NCBI GenBank assembly: GCA_021650915.1
Contig: CP091279.1
Location: 3,540,001-3,572,000, forward strand
From: Candidatus Brocadia sp.
GTDB taxonomy: Bacteria > Planctomycetota > Brocadiia > Brocadiales > Brocadiaceae
Direction of reading: 5' to 3'
DNA length: 32,000 bases
Shown here: piece after piece, positions 9,134 to 19,282 of the stretch
How the letters are laid out: each line of letters begins with the position of its first letter
Position numbering within the stretch: the stretch's first letter is position 1
Position numbers and translations under genes: made by a program
Notes under the pieces: model-generated
Told to the model about the DNA's origin: nothing
The model's input: only the letters and a program-made list of their open reading frames with translations
Database searches by the model: none

Positions 9134-10588
9134 ATGCCATCCACCACCCCATACACTACCTATCAATCCCCCCTTTCTGAGCGATACGCCAGCAAAGAAA
9201 TGTGTTCTCTCTTTTCTGATCAATACAAATTTAGCACGTGGAGACGACTTTGGATTGCACTTGCAGAGGCGCAGCAGGAGTTGGGGTTGCAGGCGATTAC
9301 TCAGGAACAGATTGGGGAGATGCGCCATTTTCAGGACTCAATCAACTTTGATGCGGCCAGGGCATATGAGAAAAAACTCAGACATGATGTCATGTCACAT
9401 ATTCATGCCTATGGTGATCAGTGTCCGAAGGCAAAGCCGATTATTCATCTTGGCGCAACCAGCGCCTACGTGCAGGACAATACCGAACTCATCCAGATGA
9501 GGGAAGGACTGCGCATTATCTTTGCAAAGCTGGTCAATATTGTCGGTGCGCTTTCAAGCCAGGCAATGAAATATAAAGACCTTGCAACCTTAAGTTTCAC
9601 ACACTTTCAGCCGGCCCAACCAACCACCCTGGGGAAACGGATCTGTCTGTGGATTCAGGATTATCTTCTGGATATTGAAGAAGTGGACCTGCGAATCGCA
9701 GGACTTCGGTTCCATGGCGTAAAGGGCACCACCGGTACACAGGCGAGTTTCCTGTCGCTCTTTCATAATGACGCCGAAAAGGTGAAGCAGCTCGACGAAC
9801 TGGTTACCAAAAAGATGGGCTTTGATAAGTATTATCCCGTAACGGGGCAGACCTACAGCAGAAAAGTCGACAGCCAGATCGTATTTAGCCTGGCAGGGAT
9901 TGCGCAATCCTCCCAAAAATTTTCCAACGATATGCGGTTGCTCCAACATCTGAAAGAGGTGGAAGAGCCCTTTGAAGAAGAACAGATCGGTTCCTCGGCC
10001 ATGGCCTACAAGAGAAACCCCATGCGTTCTGAACGTGTTGCAGCTCTTGCGCGATACGTGCTGTGTAATTGTCTCAATCCCGCATTTACCGCTGCGTCAC
10101 AGTGGTTTGAACGGACATTAGATGATTCTGCCAACAAGAGGATTGCCGTCCCTGAGACATTTCTTGCCATTGACGGCATAGTAAATATTGTGTTCAATGT
10201 TGTCTCCGGTTTCAGCGTTTATCCCCAGGTTATCAGCCGCCACCTCGCCGATGAGTTGCCCTTCATGATAACGGAAAATATCCTTATGGAGGCCGTGAAT
10301 GCGGGTGGAGACCGGCAGGCGCTGCACGAAGGAATTCGCAGGCACGCGATGGAGGCTGCCCGCGCAATGAAGGAAGAAGGAAAAAACAATGATCTTTTGG
10401 AGCGAATCGAACGGGACCCTTCTTTTTCGCGGATAAAATCGAGGTTGAAAATAATTGCCGAACCGAAGAGCCTTGTTGGCAGGGCGCCGCAGCAGGTGGA
10501 AGAATTTATGCAGCAGTCAATAAACCCTCTCTTGAAAAGATTTGGCCATCTCCTTGACAAAAAATGCATTCCCGCCCTGCACGTATAA
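9134..10588 (+). CDS. purB: Adenylosuccinate lyase
   Basis: YQSPLSERYASKEMCSLFSDQYKFSTWRRLWIALAEAQ at the N-terminus and the fumarate-lyase signature GSSAMAYKRNPMRSE. Start taken as the ATG at 9134 (the track uses the TTG at 9122). Confidence 0.9.
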   Translation: MPSTTPYTTYQSPLSERYASKEMCSLFSDQYKFSTWRRLWIALAEAQQELGLQAITQEQIGEMRHFQDSINFDAARAYEKKLRHDVMSHIHAYGDQCPKAKPIIHLGATSAYVQDNTELIQMREGLRIIFAKLVNIVGALSSQAMKYKDLATLSFTHFQPAQPTTLGKRICLWIQDYLLDIEEVDLRIAGLRFHGVKGTTGTQASFLSLFHNDAEKVKQLDELVTKKMGFDKYYPVTGQTYSRKVDSQIVFSLAGIAQSSQKFSNDMRLLQHLKEVEEPFEEEQIGSSAMAYKRNPMRSERVAALARYVLCNCLNPAFTAASQWFERTLDDSANKRIAVPETFLAIDGIVNIVFNVVSGFSVYPQVISRHLADELPFMITENILMEAVNAGGDRQALHEGIRRHAMEAARAMKEEGKNNDLLERIERDPSFSRIKSRLKIIAEPKSLVGRAPQQVEEFMQQSINPLLKRFGHLLDKKCIPALHV

Positions 10589-10627
10589 CCCGCAGAATTC
10601 GATAGGAGACGCATTGCTGCAGTTTCG

Positions 10628-11293
10628 ATGAACAGGCAACAGATCAACAATCTTTCCCTGGTTCTGATTACAGACAGGAATCTCTGCAAGCAATCATTCC
10701 TCCAGACCATAAGACTTGCGCTAAAGGGCGGCGTCAAAACGGTGCAATTACGGGAAAAGGGGGTTGCCGCCCATGAGTTGTATTGTTTGGCGCGTGAACT
10801 GCGCAGGGCAACTCTCGATTTTTGTGCAACCTTCATTGTGAACGAGAGGGTTGACATTGCCCTTGCCGTGGAGGCGGATGGTGTCCATTTGGGCTGGCAA
10901 TCGATTCCCGTTGTCGCAGCAAGGAGATTGCTTGGCTCTGAAAAACTTATCGGGGTATCTACCCACAGTCGCCAGGAGGCATTGCAAGCCAGGGATGCCG
11001 GGGCCAATTACATTACCTTTGGTCCGATATTCAACACGCCTTCAAAGGAAGGACTCGTTTTGCCCACGGGCGCCGAAGCAATCCGGAGTCTCAAAAATGA
11101 GGTTGGCAGGCCCGTTATTGCACTGGGAGGAATTCATCAGGACAACGTGGAAAATGTTTTGCATGGCGGAGCGGACGGCATCGCGGTTATTTCAAGCATC
11201 ATGGCTGCCGACAATCCCGAAGAGGCAGCCAGATCTTTGGCTGAGAAGATTACAACATTTTGGTCTGGAACATCCCGATTGACAGACGGGTAA
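10628..11293 (+). CDS. thiE: Thiamine-phosphate synthase
   Basis: 221 aa with VQLREKG, FIVNERVDIALAVEADGVHLG, IGVSTHS, GANYITFGPIFNTPSK, IALGGI, GADGIAVISSI. Confidence 0.85.
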   Translation: MNRQQINNLSLVLITDRNLCKQSFLQTIRLALKGGVKTVQLREKGVAAHELYCLARELRRATLDFCATFIVNERVDIALAVEADGVHLGWQSIPVVAARRLLGSEKLIGVSTHSRQEALQARDAGANYITFGPIFNTPSKEGLVLPTGAEAIRSLKNEVGRPVIALGGIHQDNVENVLHGGADGIAVISSIMAADNPEEAARSLAEKITTFWSGTSRLTDG

Positions 11294-11378
11294 ACAGAGA
11301 GATCCCATGTTTTTCTGCCTTACATTTACGATGCTTCCAGGATTTATTTGAAACCAACCATGTGAAAGGAGATGTGGT

Positions 11379-11762
11379 ATGCAACTTTTAGAAAAATTAC
11401 ATTTCAATGAAAAGGGGCTTATTCCGTCAGTGATTGTTGATGTTTGCGACGGGAAGGTACTTACCCTCTGTTATATGAACAAAGACGCCGTCGAAAAGAC
11501 CATTGAAACGGGCAAGGTACATGTGTTCCGGCGATCTCAGAACCGGTTAATGATCAAGGGTGAAACCTCAGGGCATATACAGGTGGTAAAAAAGGTTTTT
11601 TTTGATTGTGAAGGGAACTCCCTTGTTTTTGCCGTAGAACAGCATGTTGCAGCGTGTCATGCGGGGTATAAAACATGCTTTTATCGGGAATATATCCCAG
11701 GAACGGATAGCATTCAGATTGCCGAGAAGAAGCTCTTTGACCCTGATAGGGTTTACCGGTAA
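11379..11762 (+). CDS. hisI: Phosphoribosyl-AMP cyclohydrolase
   Basis: 127 aa with GLIPSVIVD, VLTLCYMNKDAVEKTIETGKVHVFRRSQNRLMIKGETSGH, FDCEGNSLVF...ACH. SD aaaggag. Confidence 0.85.
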   Translation: MQLLEKLHFNEKGLIPSVIVDVCDGKVLTLCYMNKDAVEKTIETGKVHVFRRSQNRLMIKGETSGHIQVVKKVFFDCEGNSLVFAVEQHVAACHAGYKTCFYREYIPGTDSIQIAEKKLFDPDRVYR

Positions 11763-11916
11763 TCGAGACGTACGAGAGGATCAATGAAAATGAAAGTCAC
11801 TGAAAAAACGCTTGAAAACAAGCATGCCAGATGTTATATTTTAATTATATTGTTGAATTTTTTGGCCGTCTTGACGGTAGAGAACTTTATTCTGTTTTAC
11901 CCGCTGGAGGAAAAAA

Positions 11917-12690
11917 ATGTTGAAAAATGGGAAGTACATTAAGCTTTTCCTTTTGATAGTTTTTGCAGGAATGTCGGGTTGTGCTGAGATGAATGAGCTG
12001 AGAAATTTAAACAGAAGACAGGCAATTACCATACGAGATCAATCGGAAGAAATTGCAAGGCTGAAGGGGCAGCTTTCTTCAACATCAGATAAATTAAAGG
12101 CAAATGAAGCTGAGATGGAAAAACTCAGAAAGCTTGCACGGTCGATTGGTGAAGGCGCCACGGTCCGGGATACGGTAGAAGGGCCGGTGCTTCTCTTCCC
12201 TGAAAGAATACTCTATGACTCCGGTATGGCCACGATAAAGCCCCAGGGTGAGATTGCCTTAAAGAAGGTCGCGGTCTTTCTTAATGAAAATCCTCAGATC
12301 TCCATCAGGATTGACGGTCATACCGACACCGACCCCATTAGGAGGACAAAGCATCTGTGGGATTCCAATCATCATCTGTCCGCAGCGCGTTCATTGAGCG
12401 TATTTCATTTTTTGACAAAGAGTGAAGGTATCAGGGAAGGAAGGATTTATGTTGCCGGTTTTGGCCCAAATCGTCCTATCGCATCCAATAGCACGACTGC
12501 CGGAAAGAAAGAAAACAGACGTGTCGAATTCCTGATATTAACAGCAGTTGCCTCACTACCACCAAAGGAATCTTCAATACTCACTGAGCGAATACCTGAA
12601 TCTGCTGGACGACCGGAAGCAATACCGACAGAGACAGGAACTACTGAGGCAGAAGTATCCGAAGAAATAGAAGAGGGTGAAGGAAAGTAA
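11917..12690 (+). CDS. OmpA/MotB-family peptidoglycan-binding lipoprotein with a coiled-coil linker
   Basis: Lipobox LLIVFAGMSGC, a coiled-coil segment, the OmpA_C core (IRIDGHTDTDPI...SNHHLSAARSLSVFHFL...NRRVEFLI) and an acidic C-terminal tail. Confidence 0.8.
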   Translation: MLKNGKYIKLFLLIVFAGMSGCAEMNELRNLNRRQAITIRDQSEEIARLKGQLSSTSDKLKANEAEMEKLRKLARSIGEGATVRDTVEGPVLLFPERILYDSGMATIKPQGEIALKKVAVFLNENPQISIRIDGHTDTDPIRRTKHLWDSNHHLSAARSLSVFHFLTKSEGIREGRIYVAGFGPNRPIASNSTTAGKKENRRVEFLILTAVASLPPKESSILTERIPESAGRPEAIPTETGTTEAEVSEEIEEGEGK

Positions 12691-12948
12691 GTTGTTTGTG
12701 GAAAGAGTTTCTTCCGGGAGTTTTGTGTTGCCGGAAGAGCTATTGGTTGGGAAATTGTAGTCATTCAAAATAACCAGAATCATCAAGCCTGCGTTATCCA
12801 CAATTCACAGACCAAGTTTCGAAACAACCCCGGTTAGAGAAGCTCTATCACATCAAGGATTGGAAAGCTGAATCGACGCACGTAATATCTACGAAATCTG
12901 CAAGAATGCAGGGAGGGAATTTTTTAGTCATTTTCTGTAGCAAAAATT

Positions 12949-14820
12949 ATGAACAATGGACGACAAAATCAATCGCATATGATAACAGAAACGAAAGAGA
13001 ACAAAAAGAAGCCGGATCAGATTTCTATACATCAAACAGAACAAAGGAATTCGAATAAAGTCTGGGAATTCTTCTGTTCAGTCAAGCTAGCCGTAGTAAT
13101 TATTCTGGTCATGGTTGTGGCGTGCATCTTGGGAACAGTGATCCTGCAAGGAAAAACCCTGGATGAATATACCGCAAAATATGGATACGCACTCGCTACT
13201 TTTTTCAGAATAACGGAATTAAACAACGTTTTTTACTCGTACTGGTTTGCATTCCTTTTGGTATTGCTGTGCGCGAATCTCATCTGCTGTACGATCAAAA
13301 GGTGGAGAAATACCTTCATGCAAACAGGCTTTATCCTTACTCATCTCAGCCTTGTTTTGATATTAATCGGCGGCGTGGTAAAGTTTCAGCTTGGTGTAAA
13401 GGGCGGGGTAAACGTTTACGAGGGAAAAACGGTAAATTATTTTCTGACGCAACTGATCACCCGGCAGGGAAAATTAGATTATGTCAAGAAGGACTTGCCA
13501 TTCTCTATTGCTCTGGAGGATTTCATACTAGAGAAAAATGAACCAAAATTTCAACTGGTGTCCTATGTAAAAAATAAAGACCGGCAGAAAATTTTAGAGG
13601 TAAAGGTGGGAAAACGTCAGCGTGTCCCCGGATCAGACTACAAAGTAACGATCAAGGACTATGTTCCCGATGCGGAACTACATCAGGAACCGGTAAATAC
13701 ATCGGATACGCCCGACAATCCTGCCATTTATGTGAAACTGCTTGGTTCCGATAAGGTTGCTGCCGAGGGGTGGTTGCTCGCGCATGACCGTAACTATTAT
13801 GAGGATAAAAAGCAAAATCTGCGCGTCGAGTATATCTGGTTGTCTTCTCAGGAAGAATTGGAAAAGACGATTAGCTCTATCGAAACCGCACATCCTAAAG
13901 TATCGGTTATGATATCCGAACAGGGGATATCGTACGACTATCCCATGGAATTAAATAAGAACTTCAAACTTGAGGGAACTAATTATTCCCTGCGGATGTT
14001 ACAATACGTGCTTAACTATGGTGACCGGCGGCCGCTGGGTGAACAACCAACGGATAATCCTGCCGTACAGGTGGAAATCAACGGTCCGGAGGGTTCTGAA
14101 ACCCGGTGGGTATTTGAAAAATTCCCCGACTGGGATAAAATGCATCCGGCGAAGTATAAAAATATGAAAATCACGTGTAGTGGGATCGCCAGCGGGCATA
14201 TGGCCAAAAATACGATACGATTGTTTCAGTCTCCGGAAGGAAAGCAGGTGATGGTTTCTATCAAGGACAACCGTATTATCAGCACCATTCCCTGGGAATT
14301 GGAAAAAAAATATCCCATTGCCGACTTAAATCATCAACTCATGGTATCAAATTATTTCCCTTCCTTTGATTTCAAGAGAGAGGTGATTAAGAAATCGGAT
14401 GAGGTTGGGATGCCTGCGATTTTTGTTGAAGTAGAGGGGCCAAGCGGTACGGTTGATGACTGGCTGTTTTCCAATAATCAATACGCCACCTGGTATACCG
14501 ACAATAATTTAGCGCTTGTCTATGAATCTACGGGTGATTCGATCAAACACTTTACCAGTAAGCTAAGAATTGAAGAAAACGGTCAAACTGTTGCGGAAAA
14601 GACGATCAGGGTAAACGATCCTTTAACCTACAAAGGGTATGTTATTTATCAATCAAGTTACGATCCTGAGGCGGGAACTTTTTCCGGATTGCAGATTGTG
14701 AAAGACCCTGGTATCCCCATCGTATATGCTGGTTTTGGGGCATTATGTTTTGGGGTAGTATTCATATTTTACATTAAACCGTTCCTGCGAAAAAAACAAA
14801 AACAAGAGGTGGAGGGCTAA
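12949..14820 (+). CDS. resB: Cytochrome c biogenesis protein ResB/CcsB (system II)
   Basis: 623 aa. N-terminal TM segments (FFCSVKLAVVIILVMVVACILGTVILQG), a large soluble loop and a C-terminal TM segment. It lies immediately upstream of ccsA. The exact start is uncertain (alternative ATG at 12979). Confidence 0.8.
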   Translation: MNNGRQNQSHMITETKENKKKPDQISIHQTEQRNSNKVWEFFCSVKLAVVIILVMVVACILGTVILQGKTLDEYTAKYGYALATFFRITELNNVFYSYWFAFLLVLLCANLICCTIKRWRNTFMQTGFILTHLSLVLILIGGVVKFQLGVKGGVNVYEGKTVNYFLTQLITRQGKLDYVKKDLPFSIALEDFILEKNEPKFQLVSYVKNKDRQKILEVKVGKRQRVPGSDYKVTIKDYVPDAELHQEPVNTSDTPDNPAIYVKLLGSDKVAAEGWLLAHDRNYYEDKKQNLRVEYIWLSSQEELEKTISSIETAHPKVSVMISEQGISYDYPMELNKNFKLEGTNYSLRMLQYVLNYGDRRPLGEQPTDNPAVQVEINGPEGSETRWVFEKFPDWDKMHPAKYKNMKITCSGIASGHMAKNTIRLFQSPEGKQVMVSIKDNRIISTIPWELEKKYPIADLNHQLMVSNYFPSFDFKREVIKKSDEVGMPAIFVEVEGPSGTVDDWLFSNNQYATWYTDNNLALVYESTGDSIKHFTSKLRIEENGQTVAEKTIRVNDPLTYKGYVIYQSSYDPEAGTFSGLQIVKDPGIPIVYAGFGALCFGVVFIFYIKPFLRKKQKQEVEG

Positions 14821-14824
14821 TAAA

Positions 14825-15670
14825 ATGAGCATAATCAATATCACGTTAATTGTGTATATTATCGCGTCGGTTGCTTACATAGCGAGGGAAATCTGGAGAT
14901 CTACTTCTATAAAATGGGTATCTCTTGGGCTGTTGATCCTGGCATTTTGTTTAAATCTGACCATGGTAATTAAGCGTTCCGTAGAAGCAGGACATCCACC
15001 CTTTTCTAATTTGTATGAATCTTTAGTCTTTTATGCATGCTGCACGGCGTTTGTATACATTATCTTTGAGTTTGTTTATAATTTCAGAGTCGTCGGCGCC
15101 CTTGCATCAGTGCTTGCAATGTTAATATTACTCTATGCAACGCTTCAGGATGATTCCATACGGCCTATTATGCCGGCGTTAAAGAGTAACTGGATGCTGG
15201 TACACGTGATTACCTATATGATTGGTTATGCCGCCTTTGGCATTTCGTTTGTTACCAGCATTATTTTTCTCGTTGTTAAACCTTTTGCTAAAAAAGAAAT
15301 TAAAGAGGCGCGGGACGAAAGAGAGATATTGCCAAGGAATTTTGACAAATTGAGTTATAAAATCGTTGCCTTCGGGTTTCCCTTTCTTACCCTTGGCCTG
15401 GTTACCGGCGCAGTGTGGGCAAAGAAGGCGTGGGGCGATTATTGGTCATGGGATCCCAAAGAAACATGGTCTTTGATCACATGGTTTGCATATTTAGTGT
15501 ATCTCCATACTCCTCTTATTTTACCCAAGATGAACGTTAATAAGTCCAAGGCCTCCGTTATCCTGGCCTGCTGGTTGCTCTTTTCTTTTGGGATTGTGAA
15601 CTTTACCTTTGTGGGTTTAAACTATTTGCCATCTGCATCTGATAGCGAGCACATTTACGGTTCCCAATAG
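14825..15670 (+). CDS. ccsA: Cytochrome c biogenesis heme-handling protein CcsA
   Basis: 281-aa polytopic membrane protein with the Trp-rich WWD-type motif GAVWAKKAWGDYWSWDPKETWSLITW. Confidence 0.85.
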   Translation: MSIINITLIVYIIASVAYIAREIWRSTSIKWVSLGLLILAFCLNLTMVIKRSVEAGHPPFSNLYESLVFYACCTAFVYIIFEFVYNFRVVGALASVLAMLILLYATLQDDSIRPIMPALKSNWMLVHVITYMIGYAAFGISFVTSIIFLVVKPFAKKEIKEARDEREILPRNFDKLSYKIVAFGFPFLTLGLVTGAVWAKKAWGDYWSWDPKETWSLITWFAYLVYLHTPLILPKMNVNKSKASVILACWLLFSFGIVNFTFVGLNYLPSASDSEHIYGSQ

Positions 15671-15688
15671 ATCAGGAAAAACGAGCAT

Positions 15689-15970
15689 ATGCCTATGACA
15701 AGGGCACATGTTTATGTCCGTGGCAGAGTTCAGGGTGTGTTTTTTCGGGCTTCAACCAAAGATAGAGCGCTGACCCTTGGTGTTACCGGATGGGTTAAGA
15801 ATTGTTTGGATGGCAGTGTTGAAGCCGTCTTTGAAGGTAAAAAAGACCTTGTTGATAAAATAGTAAATTGGTGCAGAAAAGGGCCGTCCGGCGCCCGTGT
15901 TGAACAGATCGATGTATCCTGGGAAGATTTTACCGGTGAATTTGACGCATTCTCCGTAGTTTATGAATAA
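15689..15970 (+). CDS. acyP: Acylphosphatase
   Basis: 93 aa with VRGRVQGVFFRASTKDRALTLGVTGWVKNCLDGSVEAVFEG, the classic acylphosphatase signature. Confidence 0.85.
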   Translation: MPMTRAHVYVRGRVQGVFFRASTKDRALTLGVTGWVKNCLDGSVEAVFEGKKDLVDKIVNWCRKGPSGARVEQIDVSWEDFTGEFDAFSVVYE

Positions 15971-15971
15971 C

Positions 15972-16014
15972 TGCACAATATCAGGCAGGGGTTATAAGCG
16001 CCCGATATTGTGCA
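15972..16014. other. 11-bp inverted repeat between acyP and the DUF167 gene
   Basis: tgcacaatatc (15972-15982) pairs with gatattgtgca (16004-16014) around a 21-nt loop. No clear U-tract, so a terminator role is uncertain. Confidence 0.35.
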
Positions 16015-16026
16015 TATGCATTTGTT

Positions 16027-16320
16027 ATGCTTGACATTGCCACGACAAACTCAGGCGTTATTCTATCCATCCGAACCCTACCGGGTTCAAGTAAAAATCG
16101 TATTGTCGGAGAATATGGAGGGCGTTTAAAATTGGCCGTTACAGCAGCCCCGGAGAAGGGTAAGGCTAACAAAGCCGTCATTGAACTGCTGGCGGACATA
16201 CTCCGCATTAATGAATCCTCTATCCATATCATTTCAGGCGAATCCTCACGAGACAAGAGATTAATGATTGAAGGATTAACCCCCGAATACGTAAAACCTT
16301 TGCTAAACCCTTCATCGTAA
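16027..16320 (+). CDS. DUF167 (YggU-like) protein
   Basis: 97 aa with LSIRTLPGSSKNRIVGEYGGRLKLAVTAAPEKGKANKAVIELLADIL, the typical YggU/DUF167 pattern. Confidence 0.75.
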   Translation: MLDIATTNSGVILSIRTLPGSSKNRIVGEYGGRLKLAVTAAPEKGKANKAVIELLADILRINESSIHIISGESSRDKRLMIEGLTPEYVKPLLNPSS

Positions 16321-16337
16321 CAAAATTATCTATCATT

Positions 16338-19154
16338 ATGGACTATAAAAATACCCTCAATCTGCCTACGACCAAGTTTCCCATGAAGGCGGATTTACTG
16401 AGAAAAGAACCGGAAATCCAGAAAAAATGGGAAATGGAGCATCTCTACGAGCAAATCCGAAAGGCACATGCAGGCAGGGAAAAATATGTCCTGCACGACG
16501 GCCCTCCTTACCCGACAGGAGAACTTCATATTGGTACCGGCTTAAACAAAATACTCAAAGATTTTATTGTGCGATTTCACACCATGAAGGGTTACGATGC
16601 GCCGTATGTCCCTGGCTGGGATTGTCACGGCCTGCCGATCGAACACCGCGTTATGCAGGAGGTTGGTGAGGAAAGAAAAAATTTAACCAAACCAGAAATC
16701 CGGAAAAAATGCAAAAAATATGCAGAAAAATTTGTAAAACTTCAAAAGGCACAGTTTCAAGCCCTTGGGGTCATGGGGGATTGGGAACGCCCATACCTCA
16801 CCTTTAACCCTCAGTATGAAGCGGGCATTATTGAGGTGTTTGGGAAGCTGGTCGAAAAGGGATACGTCTACCGGAGCAAGAAGCCCGTTCACTGGTGCCC
16901 AAATGAACTCGGGCAAACGACTCTCGCAGAGGCAGAACTTGATTACCGGGAAGAAACAAAGAGCCCTTCCATTTATGTGAATTTTAAACTCACGGACACC
17001 ATCAGCGATCTCTTCAAAGATGCAGGGATCGACGGTTCTTGTATGATGATATGGACAACAACTCCCTGGACACTTCCGGCAAACGTTGCCATTGCCGTTC
17101 ACCCCGAACATGAATATGCCGCCGTCCGTTACGATAATCCAAAAACGCACAAAGAAGAAGTTGCCGTCATTGCTGATAAGAGAGCAGAAGCAGTTATGTC
17201 ATCGTTAGGAATCAGGAATTACCGCTGTCTTGGCAAGATACCGGGGCGTTTCCTGGAAGGGAAAAAATACCGGCATCCTTTTATGGACAGGACGGGCTCC
17301 GTCGTACTTGCGGACTATGTAACCTTATCGGACGGGACCGGTTGTGTTCACACAGCGCCCGGACACGGTCAGGAAGATTATTTTACCGGCCTAAAGTATC
17401 ACCTCCCTCTGTTGAGCCCCGTTGATGAAAAGGGCAATTTTACCAAGGAAGCGGGTGAATTTACCGGTCTCAGCATCCTCAAGGAAGGAAACGACGCGAT
17501 CGTGAAAAAGCTGGAGTCGGTAGGGGCATTGCTTGATAAAAAAGAGATTGCACATTCCTATCCCCATTGCTGGCGATGTGACGATCCGGTTATCTTCAGG
17601 GCAACGGAACAGTGGTTTGTCAGCCTTGACTATAAAGGCCTGCGCCAGCGGGTATTGGAGGAGGTAAAACGGACGAAGTGGATACCCTCATGGGGTGAGA
17701 GCAGGATGGCAAAGATGGTTTCGGAGCGTCCTGACTGGTGTATCTCCCGGCAGCGCTCATGGGGTGTGCCGATTCCCGCCTTTCATTGTGTGCATTGCCG
17801 TCAGGCGCATATTAATAGAAGCACGATAGATTATGTGAGAGAGAGATTCGAGAAGGAAGGCGCCGATATCTGGTTTTATAAAGAGGTATCCTATTTTTTG
17901 CCGCCTGACACGAAATGCTCTCACTGCGGAGGTAGTCAGTTTCAAAAAGAAATGGATATCTTCGATGTCTGGTTTGAATCCGGATCAAGCCATCACGCCG
18001 TTTTACAGAAGCGCAGCGAACTGTCATATCCGGCCGACCTCTATCTGGAAGGAACGGACCAGCATCGCGGCTGGTTTCAGCTTTCCTTGCTGCCATCGGT
18101 TGGGGCCTGGGACAGGGCGCCTTTCAAGTCTGTTTTAACCCACGGCTTTGTCGTTGATGAACAGGGTAAAAAGATGTCCAAATCCCGGGGAAATTTTATA
18201 TCAGTGGAAGACGCCGTAAAGGAATTTGGCGCCGATGTGCTCAGATTATGGACTTCTTCCCTGGACTATCAAAATGATATGAGCGTGTCCCGTAATTTAA
18301 TCGTCAGATGCTCGGATGCCTACCGACGCGTTCGTAATACCTTCAGATATTTACTGAGCAACCTGTACGACTTTGATCCAAAGACAAACGCAATACCGTA
18401 TGGAGAATTACTGGAAATAGATAAATGGGCATTGCATAAGACACAGGAATTAATTAAGAATGTTGTGTCGGCCTATGAGTCGCTGCTGTTTCATCGTGTG
18501 TTTCATACGATCTATAATTTCTGTACGGTGGAAATGAGCGCCTTTTATCTGGATATTTTAAAAGACCGATCATATACCTTTGCAAAGAATTCACAGGAGC
18601 GGCGAGCCGGACAAACGGTGCTATACGTCATCCTGTTAAACCTCGTTAAATTGTCAGCGCCAATTCTTGTCCATACGGCGGAAGAAGTATGGTCGGCGAT
18701 TATCCATAAGGATGAGGACGCCGCCAGCGTTCATTTAGCGACATTTCCCAAAGAAAACCCCGCCTGGACAGACAACGCCCTCCATGAGAGATGGGAAAAG
18801 TTAATCAATATCAGAACTGACGTTGCGCGTGAGCTGGAAAAGATGCGTGCCGCCAAGTTGATCGGCAACTCTTTGGAGGCATCCGTCAATCTTTCTACAG
18901 AAGACGAAGACCTCTGGCAGTTTCTCAAAGGTTACGAAAAGGATCTTTCCATGATCTTTATCGTCTCTGAGGTAAAACTCGACAGAAGTATTGCTTCTCA
19001 GGCGGTGAAAGGGGAATTGAATGAAAATCTCTGGATAGAATGCAAGGTATCGCAACACAAGAAATGCGAACGATGCTGGAATTTCAGGGAGACCGTCGGA
19101 CACAACAAAGATCACCCAGCCATTTGTACCCGATGTGTTGCTGCACTTCAATAA
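16338..19154 (+). CDS. ileS: Isoleucine--tRNA ligase
   Basis: 938 aa with a HIGH-type motif (PYPTGELHIGTGLNK), KMSKS, the editing-domain insertion and a C-terminal Zn-finger (CERCWN...CTRC). Confidence 0.95.
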   Translation: MDYKNTLNLPTTKFPMKADLLRKEPEIQKKWEMEHLYEQIRKAHAGREKYVLHDGPPYPTGELHIGTGLNKILKDFIVRFHTMKGYDAPYVPGWDCHGLPIEHRVMQEVGEERKNLTKPEIRKKCKKYAEKFVKLQKAQFQALGVMGDWERPYLTFNPQYEAGIIEVFGKLVEKGYVYRSKKPVHWCPNELGQTTLAEAELDYREETKSPSIYVNFKLTDTISDLFKDAGIDGSCMMIWTTTPWTLPANVAIAVHPEHEYAAVRYDNPKTHKEEVAVIADKRAEAVMSSLGIRNYRCLGKIPGRFLEGKKYRHPFMDRTGSVVLADYVTLSDGTGCVHTAPGHGQEDYFTGLKYHLPLLSPVDEKGNFTKEAGEFTGLSILKEGNDAIVKKLESVGALLDKKEIAHSYPHCWRCDDPVIFRATEQWFVSLDYKGLRQRVLEEVKRTKWIPSWGESRMAKMVSERPDWCISRQRSWGVPIPAFHCVHCRQAHINRSTIDYVRERFEKEGADIWFYKEVSYFLPPDTKCSHCGGSQFQKEMDIFDVWFESGSSHHAVLQKRSELSYPADLYLEGTDQHRGWFQLSLLPSVGAWDRAPFKSVLTHGFVVDEQGKKMSKSRGNFISVEDAVKEFGADVLRLWTSSLDYQNDMSVSRNLIVRCSDAYRRVRNTFRYLLSNLYDFDPKTNAIPYGELLEIDKWALHKTQELIKNVVSAYESLLFHRVFHTIYNFCTVEMSAFYLDILKDRSYTFAKNSQERRAGQTVLYVILLNLVKLSAPILVHTAEEVWSAIIHKDEDAASVHLATFPKENPAWTDNALHERWEKLINIRTDVARELEKMRAAKLIGNSLEASVNLSTEDEDLWQFLKGYEKDLSMIFIVSEVKLDRSIASQAVKGELNENLWIECKVSQHKKCERCWNFRETVGHNKDHPAICTRCVAALQ

Positions 19155-19282
19155 GGCACCAGGTCGTTTCTGAAAAATCTCCGTAAAATGAAAGTTGCAA
19201 AACTTTTGGCGCTCTTCCGGCTCATTCGGGTTTAGGACGATGATAAGGCCATTCAAAGCGTAACTGAATATCAAAAGTACCC

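Noticed and set aside
10219-11007. 262-aa minus-strand ORF spanning the purB-thiE junction.
   Set aside because: It is antisense to two strongly supported genes, has an Ala/Ser/Arg-rich composition typical of a shadow frame, and has no start signals.
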